Assembly: GCA_038276285.1 (NCBI GenBank)
Contig: JBBPZR010000077.1
Span: 1-58,687, forward strand
Length of the DNA stretch: 58,687 nt
Reading direction: 5' to 3'
DNA from: Mycobacteriales bacterium
GTDB taxonomy: Bacteria > Actinomycetota > Actinomycetes > Mycobacteriales > QHCA01
The notes under the pieces were generated by a model. That model had not been told where the DNA came from and did not search any database. It worked only from the letters and a program-made list of their open reading frames with translations. Positions 46,898 to 56,802 of this stretch are shown here, piece after piece (within the stretch, counting starts at the first letter, position 1; every line of letters starts with the position of its first letter). The translations under genes were made by a program, and so were the position numbers.

Positions 46898-47871
46898 CCG
46901 GCCGCCTGCCGCTGAGCTACGTCCTGCCTATCAAGGTGGCCGCGGGCCCTGGCCCTGGGCTGACCGAATACCTGACCTGGTTGTCCACCGAGATCGACGA
47001 ACTCATCGTCGTCGACGCCTCCGCGCGCGAGGTATTCGACAGGCAGCACGCTGCCTGGGCCGCCGTGGCGCGGCACGTGCCGGTCTCCGAGCGGAGGCGG
47101 TCGGTGATGGGCAAGGTGGGCGGCGTGCTGACCGGGCTCGACCTGGCCCGCAACGAGCGCGTCGTCCTTGCCGATGACGACGTGCGCTACGACCGCGGCG
47201 GCCTCGAAGCGGTCACCGCCCGGCTGTCCACTGTGGACGTTGTCGTGCCCCAGAACTTCTTCGACCCGCTGCCGTGGCACGCCGTGTACGAGACCGGACG
47301 GGTGCTGCTGCACCGGGCGCTCGACGGCGACTACCCGGGCACGCTGGGCGTGCGCCGGTCGGCCCTGCGGAGATCGGCCGGCTACGCCGGCGACGCGCTC
47401 TTCGAGAACCTCGAGTTGATGCGCACCGTCCGGGCGTACGGCGGCAGGGTCGAGTGGGACCGGTCGCTGCTGGTCCTGCGACGGCCGCCGACGACCCGGC
47501 ACTTCCTCGGCCAGCGGGTCCGCCAGGCCTACGACGAGTTGGCCCGGCCGGGGCACCTCGCGCTCTCCCTGGCGGTGCTGCCGGCGGTGGCCTCGGCCCT
47601 GCTCCGGCGGAGGTGGGCCAGCCTGGCATTGGGTGCCGTCGCAACCATGGCGGTGGCCGAATCCGGCCGGCGCCGCGGAGGTGCCGCCGAGCGCTTTCCG
47701 GTCGCCGGTGCGCTGCTCGCGCCGCTGTGGGTGGCCGAGCGGGGCGCCTGCGCATGGCTGGCGCTGTGGTGGCGGCTGCGCGGCGGAGTGCCATACGCCG
47801 GACTCCGGCTCAAGCGGGCCGCCACGCCACAACGCCGGCTCCGCGCAGAGGCCCGTTCGGCCCTCGGCTGA
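46894..47871 (+). CDS. GT2-like glycosyltransferase
   Basis: IVVD, ADDDVRY (DxD) and QRVRQAYD; ATGA-coupled. Confidence 0.8.
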   Translation: MTGRLPLSYVLPIKVAAGPGPGLTEYLTWLSTEIDELIVVDASAREVFDRQHAAWAAVARHVPVSERRRSVMGKVGGVLTGLDLARNERVVLADDDVRYDRGGLEAVTARLSTVDVVVPQNFFDPLPWHAVYETGRVLLHRALDGDYPGTLGVRRSALRRSAGYAGDALFENLELMRTVRAYGGRVEWDRSLLVLRRPPTTRHFLGQRVRQAYDELARPGHLALSLAVLPAVASALLRRRWASLALGAVATMAVAESGRRRGGAAERFPVAGALLAPLWVAERGACAWLALWWRLRGGVPYAGLRLKRAATPQRRLRAEARSALG

Positions 47872-47877
47872 GCGATC

Positions 47878-49329
47878 ATGGGAGCCGTGGCAGGCAAGCT
47901 CGATACATACCGGCGCAAACGTGACCCGGGGCGCACGCCGGAGCCGGTGCCGCCCGCCGGCGCGGTACCCCGCGGCAACGACGACACCTTCGTCATCCAG
48001 GAGCACCACGCCCGCGCCCTGCACTGGGACTTCCGGCTCGAGCGCGACGGTGTACTAGTGTCGTGGGCGGTGCCCAAGGGCCTGCCGCTGGACCCCAGGA
48101 CCAACCACCTCGCCGTACACACCGAGGACCATCCGGTCGAGTACGCCACCTTCGAGGGTGACATCCCGCAGGGGGAGTACGGCGGCGGTTCCGTCATCCT
48201 CTGGGACCGCGGCACCTACGAGACGGAGAAGTGGACCGAGCGCGAGGTGAAGGTCGTCCTGCACGGGTCGCGCGTGGCCGGCCGCTACGTGCTGTTCAAG
48301 ACCCGGGGCAAGGACTGGATGGTGCACCGCATGGACCCACCGCCGCGCGCCGACTGGCAACCGGTCCCGGACCTGGTCCGGCCCATGCTCGCGGCCGCCG
48401 GCCCGCTGCCGACCCTCGAGGAGGACGCCGCGTGGGGATACGAGATGAAATGGGACGGCGTGCGCGCCGTCGTCTATGTCGAGGGTGGCCGGGCCCGGGC
48501 GATGACCCGCAACGACCGCGACGTCACCAACACCTATCCCGAGGTACGTGCCCTCGCGGAGGCGATGGGCGCCACCCAGGCCGTGCTCGACGGTGAGCTC
48601 GTCACCTTCGACCCGGCCGGCAAGCCCTCCTTCGGCCAACTCCAGCAGCGGATGCACGTCACCGGCGCCGGCCAGATCCGGCGGCTGGTCGAGACGGTGC
48701 CGGTCGTCTACCTGATCTTCGACCTGCTCCACCTTGACGGCCGCTCGCTCCTCGATCTCCCGTACGTCGAGCGCCGGGAGTTACTCGACGGGCTCGGACT
48801 GGCCGGCCGCTCGTGGCAGACCCCGCCGTACTTCGCCGGTGGCGGAGCCGATGTCGTGCTGGCCAGCCTGGACCAGGGGCTCGAGGGCGTGGTCGCGAAA
48901 CGGCTGGATTCGAAGTATCTGCCCGGCCGGCGCGGCGACTCCTGGCGCAAGGTGAAGAACATCCGTACCCAGGAAGTCGTCGTCGTGGGCTGGAAGCCGG
49001 GCCAGGGGCGCAGGGAAGGGCGCATCGGCTCGCTGCTGCTGGGCCTGTCCACCGATGAGGGCCTGATGTACGCCGGGCATGTCGGCACCGGATTCACCGA
49101 GGCGATGCTCGATGACCTGTCCGCCCGGCTGCGGCCGCTCGCGCGCAAGACGTCTTCCCTGGCTGACGAGGTGCCGCGCCCTCAGGCTCGCGACGCTTCC
49201 TGGGTGACCCCCAAGCTCGTCGGCGAGGTCGCCTTTAGCGAGTGGACGAGGGACGGCCGGCTGCGACATCCATCGTGGCGCGGGCTGCGACCGGACAAGA
49301 GCCTCGGTGAGGTGGTCCGTGAGCCCTAG
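47878..49329 (+). CDS. ligD: LigD phosphoesterase + ATP-dependent ligase
   Basis: TPEP, QEHHA..LHWDFRLE and SWAVPKG (PE domain); EMKWDG, DGE, FDLL, EGVVAK, W.K.K and LRHP (ligase). Confidence 0.93.
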   Translation: MGAVAGKLDTYRRKRDPGRTPEPVPPAGAVPRGNDDTFVIQEHHARALHWDFRLERDGVLVSWAVPKGLPLDPRTNHLAVHTEDHPVEYATFEGDIPQGEYGGGSVILWDRGTYETEKWTEREVKVVLHGSRVAGRYVLFKTRGKDWMVHRMDPPPRADWQPVPDLVRPMLAAAGPLPTLEEDAAWGYEMKWDGVRAVVYVEGGRARAMTRNDRDVTNTYPEVRALAEAMGATQAVLDGELVTFDPAGKPSFGQLQQRMHVTGAGQIRRLVETVPVVYLIFDLLHLDGRSLLDLPYVERRELLDGLGLAGRSWQTPPYFAGGGADVVLASLDQGLEGVVAKRLDSKYLPGRRGDSWRKVKNIRTQEVVVVGWKPGQGRREGRIGSLLLGLSTDEGLMYAGHVGTGFTEAMLDDLSARLRPLARKTSSLADEVPRPQARDASWVTPKLVGEVAFSEWTRDGRLRHPSWRGLRPDKSLGEVVREP

Positions 49330-50236
49330 CTCGCAGAAGGTCCGGGTCGAGGTCGAGGGTCGCGAGCTCACCCTGTCGAACCTGGACAAGGTGATGTATC
49401 CGGAGACCGGATTCACCAAGGGCCAGGTGATCGACTACTACACCCGGATCGCGCCGGCCATCGTGGCGCACCTGCGCGACAGGCCGCTGACCTTCAAGCG
49501 CTACCCGGACGGCGTCGACGGCAAGTTCTTCTTCGAGAAGAACGCACCACGACACAAGCCCGACTGGGTGCCCACGGTGACCATTGCCACGCCGGGGAGC
49601 ACCAAGAACCGGGACAGCATCGACTTCGCCATCGTCTGCGATCTGCCGACGCTGGTGTGGGCGGCCAACCTGGCCACCCTGGAGCTGCACGTTCCCATGT
49701 GGACGGTCGGGCCACGTGGCGGTGTCCGGGGGGCCGACCTGCTGGTCTTCGACCTCGACCCGGGACCGCCGGCCACCATCGTCGAATGCTGCCGCGTGGC
49801 CGGGCTGTTGCGGGAGGCGCTGGCCGCCGACGGGCTGCAAGCGTGGGCCAAGACCAGCGGATCCAAGGGCATGCAGCTCTACGTTCCGCTGCGGCCGACC
49901 GACCCCGAGCGCACCTGGGCCTACGCCCGCGAGCTGGCCAAGCGCATGGAGCGCGAACACCGCGACCTGGTCGTGTGGCAGATGTCGAAGGCACTGCGGC
50001 CGGGCAAGGTCCTCATCGACTGGAGCCAGAACAGCGGCACCAAGACCACCGTCGCCGTCTACTCCCTCCGGGCGCGACCCCGGCCGACGGTGTCCACCCC
50101 GATAACCTGGGACGAAGTGGCCGCATGCCGCCGGCCCGAGGACCTAGTCTTCATCAGTGATGACGTGCTGAGCCGGGTCGAGGAGCGCGGCGATCTCTTC
50201 GCGCCACTGCTCGACACCGCACAGCGGCTGCCATGA
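49319..50236 (+). CDS. Stand-alone LigD polymerase (AEP primase-polymerase) domain
   Basis: SNLDKV.YP, KRYPDG, FFEK, FDLDPG, KTSGSKG, IDWSQN and YSLRAR. Confidence 0.92.
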   Translation: MSPSSQKVRVEVEGRELTLSNLDKVMYPETGFTKGQVIDYYTRIAPAIVAHLRDRPLTFKRYPDGVDGKFFFEKNAPRHKPDWVPTVTIATPGSTKNRDSIDFAIVCDLPTLVWAANLATLELHVPMWTVGPRGGVRGADLLVFDLDPGPPATIVECCRVAGLLREALAADGLQAWAKTSGSKGMQLYVPLRPTDPERTWAYARELAKRMEREHRDLVVWQMSKALRPGKVLIDWSQNSGTKTTVAVYSLRARPRPTVSTPITWDEVAACRRPEDLVFISDDVLSRVEERGDLFAPLLDTAQRLP

Positions 50237-51123
50237 CCGGTGCCAGCGTGAGTGCCCTGCTGCGTCAGACGCCGGGCGTCCCGGTCGACCTCAGCTGCCT
50301 GGATCCGGCGGCGACACCGGGCTTTTCCGGTGGGAAGAAGCGGGCCGGTCGGGAGGTGGCGGCGCTCGGTGACCCGCTCGCGGAGCTGCACACCCGCCTG
50401 CAGGCGGCCTCGACGGCCGGCGCCCGCGACCGGCTGCTGCTGATCGTGCAGGGCACCGACTGCTCGGGCAAGGACGGGGTCGGGCGGCACGTGGTGTCGC
50501 TCCTGGAGCCGATGTGGTCGCGCTCGGTGGCCTTCGTCAAGCCCACGGAGGAGGAGCTTCGCCACAATTTCCTCTGGCGGATCCGCAAAGAGCTCCCGGT
50601 GGCCGGTCAGGTCGCGGTCTTCAACCGATCGCACTACGAGGACGTGCTCGTCGTACGTGTGCACAATCTGGCGTCACCGGAGATCTGGCAGGGCCGCTAC
50701 GAGGAGATCAATCGCTTCGAACGGCGGCTCGCCGCCGAGGGCGTGCGGCTGGTCAAGTTGATGCTGCACATCTCACCGGAGGTGCAGCTCAAGCGGCTCA
50801 CGGCTCGGCTGTCCGACCCCACGAAACTCTGGAAGTACAACCCCGGCGACTTCGACGAGCGCTCGTTCTGGCCGCGGTACGTCGATGCGTACGAGGTGGC
50901 GTTGTCACGCTGCACCGGCCCCGACGCCCCGTGGTACATCGTGCCGGCCGACCACAAGTGGTACCGCGACTGGGCGGTGGCCCACCTGCTGCTGGAGGCG
51001 CTGCAGGCGATCGGACCCGAGTACCCGCCGGCCGACTTCGACCTGGCCGCCGAGCGTGCGCGGCTCGACGGGGAGGGCGCAGTGTCCGCCCCGCCGACGC
51101 GCCATGCGGTGCGGCGTGCCTAG
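50233..51123 (+). CDS. ppk2: PPK2-family polyphosphate kinase
   Basis: QGTDCSGKDG, F.KPT.EE..H.FLWR, FNRSHYEDVL and PADHKWYR. Confidence 0.92.
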   Translation: MTGASVSALLRQTPGVPVDLSCLDPAATPGFSGGKKRAGREVAALGDPLAELHTRLQAASTAGARDRLLLIVQGTDCSGKDGVGRHVVSLLEPMWSRSVAFVKPTEEELRHNFLWRIRKELPVAGQVAVFNRSHYEDVLVVRVHNLASPEIWQGRYEEINRFERRLAAEGVRLVKLMLHISPEVQLKRLTARLSDPTKLWKYNPGDFDERSFWPRYVDAYEVALSRCTGPDAPWYIVPADHKWYRDWAVAHLLLEALQAIGPEYPPADFDLAAERARLDGEGAVSAPPTRHAVRRA

Positions 51124-51162
51124 CATGTGCTCGACCGCATCCCCCGAGCCCACGAGGTCCCC

Positions 51163-51780
51163 GTGCGCCTGAAACTCACACCGCGCGAGAACTCGTTCTA
51201 CGCCTACTTCAACCAGGCGGCGGACAACCTCGTCACCGGAGCGGACCTTCTCATCAAGATGATGACCAACGGCAACGACCGGGTCGCCCTCGCCGGTGAG
51301 CTCAAGGACGTCGAGCACGCCAGCGACGAGGTCACGCACGAGGTGTTCAAGCAGCTCAACCGCAGCTTCATCACTCCCTTCGACCGCGAGGACATCTACC
51401 GGCTGGGCTCGTCACTGGACGACGTGATGGATGCGATGGAGGCCGCCGGCGACCTCGTCCTGCTGTACGGGCTCGAGCAGCTCCCCGGCGAGATCGAGCA
51501 GATCGTCGACGTGCTGGCCAGGTGCGCGCAGGTCACCGCCGAGGCGATGCCGCGGCTGCAGTCGATGAAGAACCTCGAGGAGTACTGGATCGAGGCCAAC
51601 CGGCTCGAGAACGAGGCCGATCAGGCCTACCGGCGGTTGCTGAAGCGGCTGTTCTCCGGCGACTACGACGCGCTGACCGTACTCAAGCTCAAGGAGGTCG
51701 GCGACATGCTCGAGGAGGCCGCCGACGCCTTCGAGCATGTGGCGAACGCCGTGGAGACCATCGTCGTCAAGGAGTCCTAA
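51163..51780 (+). CDS. DUF47 phosphate transport regulator (PhoU-like)
   Basis: EH..D, FITPFDREDI, LENEAD and VKES*; directly upstream of pit. Confidence 0.92.
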   Translation: MRLKLTPRENSFYAYFNQAADNLVTGADLLIKMMTNGNDRVALAGELKDVEHASDEVTHEVFKQLNRSFITPFDREDIYRLGSSLDDVMDAMEAAGDLVLLYGLEQLPGEIEQIVDVLARCAQVTAEAMPRLQSMKNLEEYWIEANRLENEADQAYRRLLKRLFSGDYDALTVLKLKEVGDMLEEAADAFEHVANAVETIVVKES

Positions 51781-51782
51781 GG

Positions 51783-52775
51783 GTGACCCTCGCGCTGGTC
51801 ATCCTGATCATCGTCGTCGCGCTGGCATTCGATTACACCAACGGCTTCCACGACGCCGCCAACGCCATCGCCACCACCGTCGCGACCCGGGCGATGACTC
51901 CCCGGGCGGCGTTGCTGATGGCCGCCGTGTGCAACGTGCTCGGCGCGCTGATCTCCCGCAAGGTGGCCACGACCGTCGGCAAGGGGGTCATCGCCCCGCC
52001 GGCGCACAGCCAGGGGTTGATCATCGTGCTTGCGGCACTCATCGGCGCGATCGGGTGGAACCTCGTCACGTGGTATTTCGGGTTGCCCTCCTCGTCGTCG
52101 CACGCGCTCATCGGCGGGCTCGTGGGCGCCGCCCTGGCCGCCTCGCAGGGCGTGCTGTGGAGCGGTCTCGTCGACAAGGTGGTGATACCCATGGTGGTGT
52201 CACCGCTGGCCGGGTTGGTCCTGGGTTACCTGTTCATGCTGGCCGTGCTCTGGCTGTTCCGGCGGGCCCGCCCCCAGCGGGCCGGGCGCGGCTTTCGCTG
52301 GGCGCAGATCGGCTCAGGTGCGGCGATGGCCTTCGGTCACGGCACCCAGGATGCGCAGAAGACCATGGGTGTCATCGCGCTCACGCTCTACACGGCGGGA
52401 TATCTCAAGAGCTTCTTCATCCCGCTGTGGGTCGTGCTCGCCGCGGCACTGGCGATCAGCCTGGGGACGTACGCCGGTGGCTACCGGATCATGCGCACGA
52501 TGGGCCGCCGGGTCATCCAGCTCACCCCGGCGGGCGGCTTCTCGGCGCAGACCGTGGCGTCGGCGGTGCTCTTCACCACCGCCCACTACGGGCTGCCGAT
52601 CTCGACCACCCACACCATCACGTCCTCGATCATGGGCGTGGGAGCGACCAAGCGGCTCTCCGCCGTGCGCTGGGGAGTCGCCGGCAACATCGCGGCAGCG
52701 TGGGTGCTGACCATTCCGGCCGCCGCCCTGGTCGCGGCCTCGTCGTACGGCATATTCGCCACCCTCGTCCTGTAA
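51783..52775 (+). CDS. pit: Inorganic phosphate transporter (PiT family)
   Basis: NGFHDAANAIAT, LPSSSSHAL, HGTQDAQK and PISTTH. Confidence 0.95.
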   Translation: MTLALVILIIVVALAFDYTNGFHDAANAIATTVATRAMTPRAALLMAAVCNVLGALISRKVATTVGKGVIAPPAHSQGLIIVLAALIGAIGWNLVTWYFGLPSSSSHALIGGLVGAALAASQGVLWSGLVDKVVIPMVVSPLAGLVLGYLFMLAVLWLFRRARPQRAGRGFRWAQIGSGAAMAFGHGTQDAQKTMGVIALTLYTAGYLKSFFIPLWVVLAAALAISLGTYAGGYRIMRTMGRRVIQLTPAGGFSAQTVASAVLFTTAHYGLPISTTHTITSSIMGVGATKRLSAVRWGVAGNIAAAWVLTIPAAALVAASSYGIFATLVL

Positions 52776-52798
52776 TTGGGATCGCCGTTGCCATCCAC

Positions 52799-52864
52799 CC
52801 CGCAATTTCCGGGAAATCGTCGCCATGTGTCGCGGAATAGCGGCGATTTCCGGGAAATTGCGGG
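52799..52864. repeat. Long imperfect inverted repeat (REP-like or bidirectional terminator)
   Basis: CCCGCAATTTCCGGGAAATCGTCGCCAT...ATAGCGGCGATTTCCGGGAAATTGCGGG between convergent pit and mshD. Confidence 0.75.
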
Positions 52865-52943
52865 TCCGAGGCGGGTCCGAGGCGGGTCCGAGGCGGGTCC
52901 GAGGGCGGGTCCGAGGCGGGTCTGAGGCGGGTCTGAGGCGGGT
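52860..52943 (+). repeat. 11-bp tandem repeat GCGGGTC(C/T)GAG, about 7.5 copies
   Basis: Five C-type and two T-type copies plus a partial copy; one extra G at 52904. Confidence 0.9.
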
Positions 52944-52957
52944 GCCGTCGGGTGAGC

Positions 52958-53914
52958 TCAGTCGCGTGCGAAGGAGACGTCGGTGTCCCAGCGGATGAAG
53001 CCCAGGCGCTCGTAGACCTTGATCGCCTTGGTGTTCGACTCGTCGACGTACAGCATCGCCTGGGGCAGTCCCAGCGAGCGCAGGTGGCGGAGCCCGGCCA
53101 CGGTCAGCGCCGGCCCCAGACCGCTGCCCTGCGCCGACAGGTCGACTCCGACGACGTAGACCTCGCCGATCGGCTCGTGCACGTGCCCGTCGGAGATAGC
53201 GGACGTACGGCCGTGCACCTTGGTCCAGTGAAAGCCGACGATCGCACCGTCTGACTCGCGCTCGGCCAGGAGAAAGCCGGCCGGATCGAACCATGGTTCG
53301 CGCTCGCGGGTCAGCACTTCCTCGATGCTCCAGTGGCCCTGGTCCGGGTGGTCGGCGAAGGCGCGGTTGTTGACCTCGGTCCACGCTCGCTCGTCCTGGC
53401 CGGGTACGAAGGGCCGCAGCCGCACGCCGGGCGGAAGCTCCGGCGCGGGCAGCGGAGCGAACAGTGAGCGCCGCATCTGCCACAACACCCGCTCCCGGTG
53501 GAAGCCGAACCGGTGGGCCAGCGCTGCCGCGGCCGGATGCTGGCCGTGCGCCCAGAGCCGCAACCGGCCGTCGGGCGCTTCCTGGACCAGTCGCTGCACC
53601 ATCGCGCTGGCCACCCCATGACCGCGGGCGTCCGGATGCACGGCCAACTCGGCCGCCGAGCCATCGACCGCGTCGGTGACGTCGATGTGGGCGTAGCCGA
53701 TGACGCGGCCCTGGCCCGAGGGGGAGGCGTCGCGGGCCAGCAGGTGCCGCGCGTCAGGGTCGCCGCCGTAGCGCAAGTGCAGGGTGACGTGCTCTGAGAG
53801 CGGGCGTACGCCGTCGGCCTCGGTCACATCGTCGATCAGCGCGAGCGTCGCGGTGACGTCGTCGGGAGCCAGGCCGCGCACGACATCGATGCGCGGGGTC
53901 GACTCTGACGTCAT
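52958..53914 (-). CDS. mshD: Mycothiol synthase
   Basis: Tandem GNAT domains: [36 protein letters not shown] and LYVD..N. Confidence 0.95.
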   Translation of the reverse strand: MTSESTPRIDVVRGLAPDDVTATLALIDDVTEADGVRPLSEHVTLHLRYGGDPDARHLLARDASPSGQGRVIGYAHIDVTDAVDGSAAELAVHPDARGHGVASAMVQRLVQEAPDGRLRLWAHGQHPAAAALAHRFGFHRERVLWQMRRSLFAPLPAPELPPGVRLRPFVPGQDERAWTEVNNRAFADHPDQGHWSIEEVLTREREPWFDPAGFLLAERESDGAIVGFHWTKVHGRTSAISDGHVHEPIGEVYVVGVDLSAQGSGLGPALTVAGLRHLRSLGLPQAMLYVDESNTKAIKVYERLGFIRWDTDVSFARD

Positions 53915-54588
53915 GAGCCGACGTGCACCCGCGAGGATGGTGGCGCGAACTTGTAGCCGACCTGCCGCACCGTGCCGATCAGCGCCTCGTGCTCGGCGCC
54001 GAGCTTGGCCCGCAGCCGGCGGACATGGACGTCGACGGTGCGGGTGCCGCCGAAGTAGTCGTAGCCCCAGACCTCCTGCAGCAGTTGGCTGCGGGTGAAC
54101 ACCCGCCCCGGATGCTGGGCGAGGAAGCGCAGCAACTCGAACTCCTTGTACGTGAGATCGAGCGGCCGGCCTCGCAGCCGGGCGGTGTAGGTGTCGGGGT
54201 CGACGGTCAGCTCACCGGCCCGGACCACCGAGTCATCGCCCGAGGCGGTCAGCCGGCCGGTGGCGATCCGCAGCCGCGCTTCGACCTCGGCCGGCCCCGC
54301 CGACTCCAGAAGCACATCGTCGACACCCCAGTCGGCCGTCACCGCGGCCAGCCCGCCGACGGTGAGCACCGCCAGCAGCGGCACGCCGATCCCGGTGGTG
54401 CGCAGCAGCCGACAGGTGGCCCGGGCCACGCTCAGGTCGACGCGCGCGTCGACCACGACCACGTCGGCGGTCGGCCCGTCGATGAGCGGTCGCACGTCAA
54501 GCGGCCCGGCCTGAAGGGAATGCGCCAGGAGATCGAGCGCAGGGAGTACGGCGGTCGGCTGGCCACCGGTGAGGATCAATAGCTCCAT
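53911..54588 (-). CDS. glnR: OmpR-family response regulator, GlnR-like
   Basis: [28 protein letters not shown] and [15 protein letters not shown]; ATGA-coupled to mshD, matching the Rv0818-Rv0819 order. Confidence 0.88.
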   Translation of the reverse strand: MELLILTGGQPTAVLPALDLLAHSLQAGPLDVRPLIDGPTADVVVVDARVDLSVARATCRLLRTTGIGVPLLAVLTVGGLAAVTADWGVDDVLLESAGPAEVEARLRIATGRLTASGDDSVVRAGELTVDPDTYTARLRGRPLDLTYKEFELLRFLAQHPGRVFTRSQLLQEVWGYDYFGGTRTVDVHVRRLRAKLGAEHEALIGTVRQVGYKFAPPSSRVHVGS

Positions 54589-54649
54589 GGGGCACCTCCC
54601 TCCGCAGGGCGGGCGGCCCAGAGTCGACTTCCCGAGGCAGGATAACCCA

Positions 54650-55459
54650 GTGACCGTTCTGCCGACCCGTCGTGCCTCTGGGCATTTGGCCGGGGTAGCT
54701 GGCACGGTTGTGGTCTTCGCGAGCGCCGTGGTCGGATCGGCGCGGCTCGGTTCGACCGCTCTGCTCGTGGTCGTGGCTGCCGTTCAACTCCTGCTTTTCG
54801 TCGGCTGGTTCGTGGTCACCGCCCCACCCGGTCCGCGGGGGGTGGCCGCGGTCGCCGGGGCAACGGCGATCGCAGCCGACGCCGTCGCCGCCTTCGGCCC
54901 GCGGCCCACCCTGGCCCCGCTGGCTGGGATCCTGGCTCTTTCGGTTGCGGCCACGATGATGGTGCAGCTGGCCCGGGGGGTGGCCCGAGCCCGGGTCACG
55001 GAGGCCATGGCCGCCACCTTGGTGCTCGGGCTGGCGGCGACCTCGCTGGCGTCCCTGTTGATCCTCGCCCGCATGCACGGTGGCCGGGCGGCCGTGATCG
55101 CCATGGCGCTGGCCGCCGGTGCGGCGCTGATCACCGACCGCTGTGTGGACCTGGTGCTGCCCGTGCCGCATGTGGCTCCCGGAGTCGACCGCGGCGGCCT
55201 GGGCGTCGTGCTCGGCAGCATGGTCGGCACGGCGGTCAGCGCGTACTACGCCGCCTCCGTGACCGTGCTCACTCCTCGGACCGGAGCGCTGCTCGGCTGG
55301 GCGGTGGCTCTCGTCGCGGTGCTGTCCGACCTCGGCGCTTCCTACGCGCTGGTATCGGCGCCCCGCCGACCGGCATACTCCTTCGTCTCGGGTCCGCTGA
55401 TCGCTTTGACGGCGGCCGCCCCTATCGCGTACCTGTTGGGACTTCTGGTGATCAAGTGA
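54650..55459 (+). CDS. Hypothetical polytopic membrane protein
   Basis: About 8 hydrophobic helices; sits in line with the downstream operon. Start is uncertain. Confidence 0.7.
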   Translation: MTVLPTRRASGHLAGVAGTVVVFASAVVGSARLGSTALLVVVAAVQLLLFVGWFVVTAPPGPRGVAAVAGATAIAADAVAAFGPRPTLAPLAGILALSVAATMMVQLARGVARARVTEAMAATLVLGLAATSLASLLILARMHGGRAAVIAMALAAGAALITDRCVDLVLPVPHVAPGVDRGGLGVVLGSMVGTAVSAYYAASVTVLTPRTGALLGWAVALVAVLSDLGASYALVSAPRRPAYSFVSGPLIALTAAAPIAYLLGLLVIK

Positions 55460-55472
55460 GGGTGATCGGCTG

Positions 55473-56168
55473 ATGCGCCGCCTGCTGCTCGTCCTCGCGG
55501 TGCTGGTCGGCCTCGCCGTGGCCGCCGACCGGGTGGCGCTGGCTGCGGCGAAGCGCGAGCTGGCGACCGAGATACAGAACGAGGAGCATCTCGATCAGCG
55601 GCCCTCGGTGCAGCTCTACGGCTTTCCATTCCTCACCCAGGCGCTGAGCGGGCGCTATGACGGCGGCGAAGTGCGGCTGCACGACGTGCGGACCCCCAGA
55701 GTGCGGGTGAAGTCCCTCGTTGTCGTCCTGCATGGTGTCCAGGTGCCCTTGCGGGACCTCGTGTCAGGGGCGGTGCGGGCCGTGCCCGTCAACGACGTGT
55801 CAGGCACGGCCCAGATCACCTACGCGGACCTAGCGGCCGCCATCAATATCCCGGGGCTACAGATCCGGCCCAAGGGCGACAAGGTGGAGCTTCAGGTGCC
55901 CGTGCAACTCGCCGGCCAGACAGTGCCGCTGATCGCGTCAGCGCGGGTCGGGGTCAACGGCGCTGCCCTGCACATCACCTCGGTAGAGATGCTCGGAGTG
56001 AAGGTGCAGGACTCCATCGTCAACGTCGCCTTTGCCCAGCTCAAGGACGCCGTGCCGCTGGACAACCTGCCCTACGGCCTCAAGCTCAGCGCGGTGCGTG
56101 TCGCTGACATCGTCCTGGAGGTTCAGCTCACCGGGCACGACACGGTCCTGCGCCCGCCGCCCGCCTAG
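55473..56168 (+). CDS. lmeA: LmeA-family (DUF2993) protein
   Basis: N-terminal anchor, ADR, GFPFLTQ and LPYGL; synteny with Rv0817c. Confidence 0.85.
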   Translation: MRRLLLVLAVLVGLAVAADRVALAAAKRELATEIQNEEHLDQRPSVQLYGFPFLTQALSGRYDGGEVRLHDVRTPRVRVKSLVVVLHGVQVPLRDLVSGAVRAVPVNDVSGTAQITYADLAAAINIPGLQIRPKGDKVELQVPVQLAGQTVPLIASARVGVNGAALHITSVEMLGVKVQDSIVNVAFAQLKDAVPLDNLPYGLKLSAVRVADIVLEVQLTGHDTVLRPPPA

Positions 56169-56212
56169 GCGGAACCGGGAATGTCGCGCGCCCTTGGCGG
56201 GGTTGACCCGGC

Positions 56213-56674
56213 ATGGCAAGACTGCTGATCCTGCTGGCCGTGCTGGCTGCGGCGGCCGGGATCGGCCTGGTCTGGCGCAGTCGATCGGGGCGCGCCAGGG
56301 TACGCGGCATCGACCGGCGCGGCCCCGAGCCCGGTGTGCTGGCGGCGCTCGGAGTCGGCGACGATCCGGTCACCCTGGTGCAGTTCTCCACCGCCTTCTG
56401 CCAGCCTTGCCGGGCCACCCGACGCATCCTCGATCGGATCGCCAGTGAAACTCCCGGGGTGCGCCATCTCGAGGTCGACGCCGAGTCGCACCTCGACGCC
56501 GTTCGGGCCCTGCGGATCCTCCGGACCCCGACCACCTTGCTGGTCGACGCTGAGGGCCGGATTCGCAACCGGGTGGTCGGCCAGCCCCTGCCGGCCGACG
56601 TGTCCGCCGCCCTGGCGCCACTACTCGGGACGGGCGTCTCAGAAGCTGAGAGACGAGCACCCGATGGCTGGTAG
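56213..56674 (+). CDS. Membrane-anchored thioredoxin (ThiX-like)
   Basis: QFSTAFCQPC and TPT cis-Pro; synteny with Rv0816c. Confidence 0.88.
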   Translation: MARLLILLAVLAAAAGIGLVWRSRSGRARVRGIDRRGPEPGVLAALGVGDDPVTLVQFSTAFCQPCRATRRILDRIASETPGVRHLEVDAESHLDAVRALRILRTPTTLLVDAEGRIRNRVVGQPLPADVSAALAPLLGTGVSEAERRAPDGW

Positions 56675-56684
56675 GGTGCGAGGC

Positions 56685-56759
56685 ATGGGCAGCCTGCTTA
56701 CCAAGCGCCGCGCGGTCGACCTGTGCCGCGTGGGCAGCTGCCTCTGTCCGATCTCCTGA
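56685..56759 (+). CDS. Cys-rich leader peptide (Ms5788A-like), 24 aa
   Basis: MGSLLTKRRAVDLCRVGSCLCPIS. TAGGGT -10 at 56672-56677 lies 7 nt before the ATG (leaderless). Upstream of DUF4395-cysA-sseC. Confidence 0.82.
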   Translation: MGSLLTKRRAVDLCRVGSCLCPIS

Positions 56760-56802
56760 CCCTCCGTGCCCGCGTTTCCGTGCACCGTCAGGAGTCCGAC
56801 CC

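Noticed and set aside
52860-52943. Possible CRISPR array
   Set aside because: The 11-bp units are contiguous with no spacers, and there are no cas genes.
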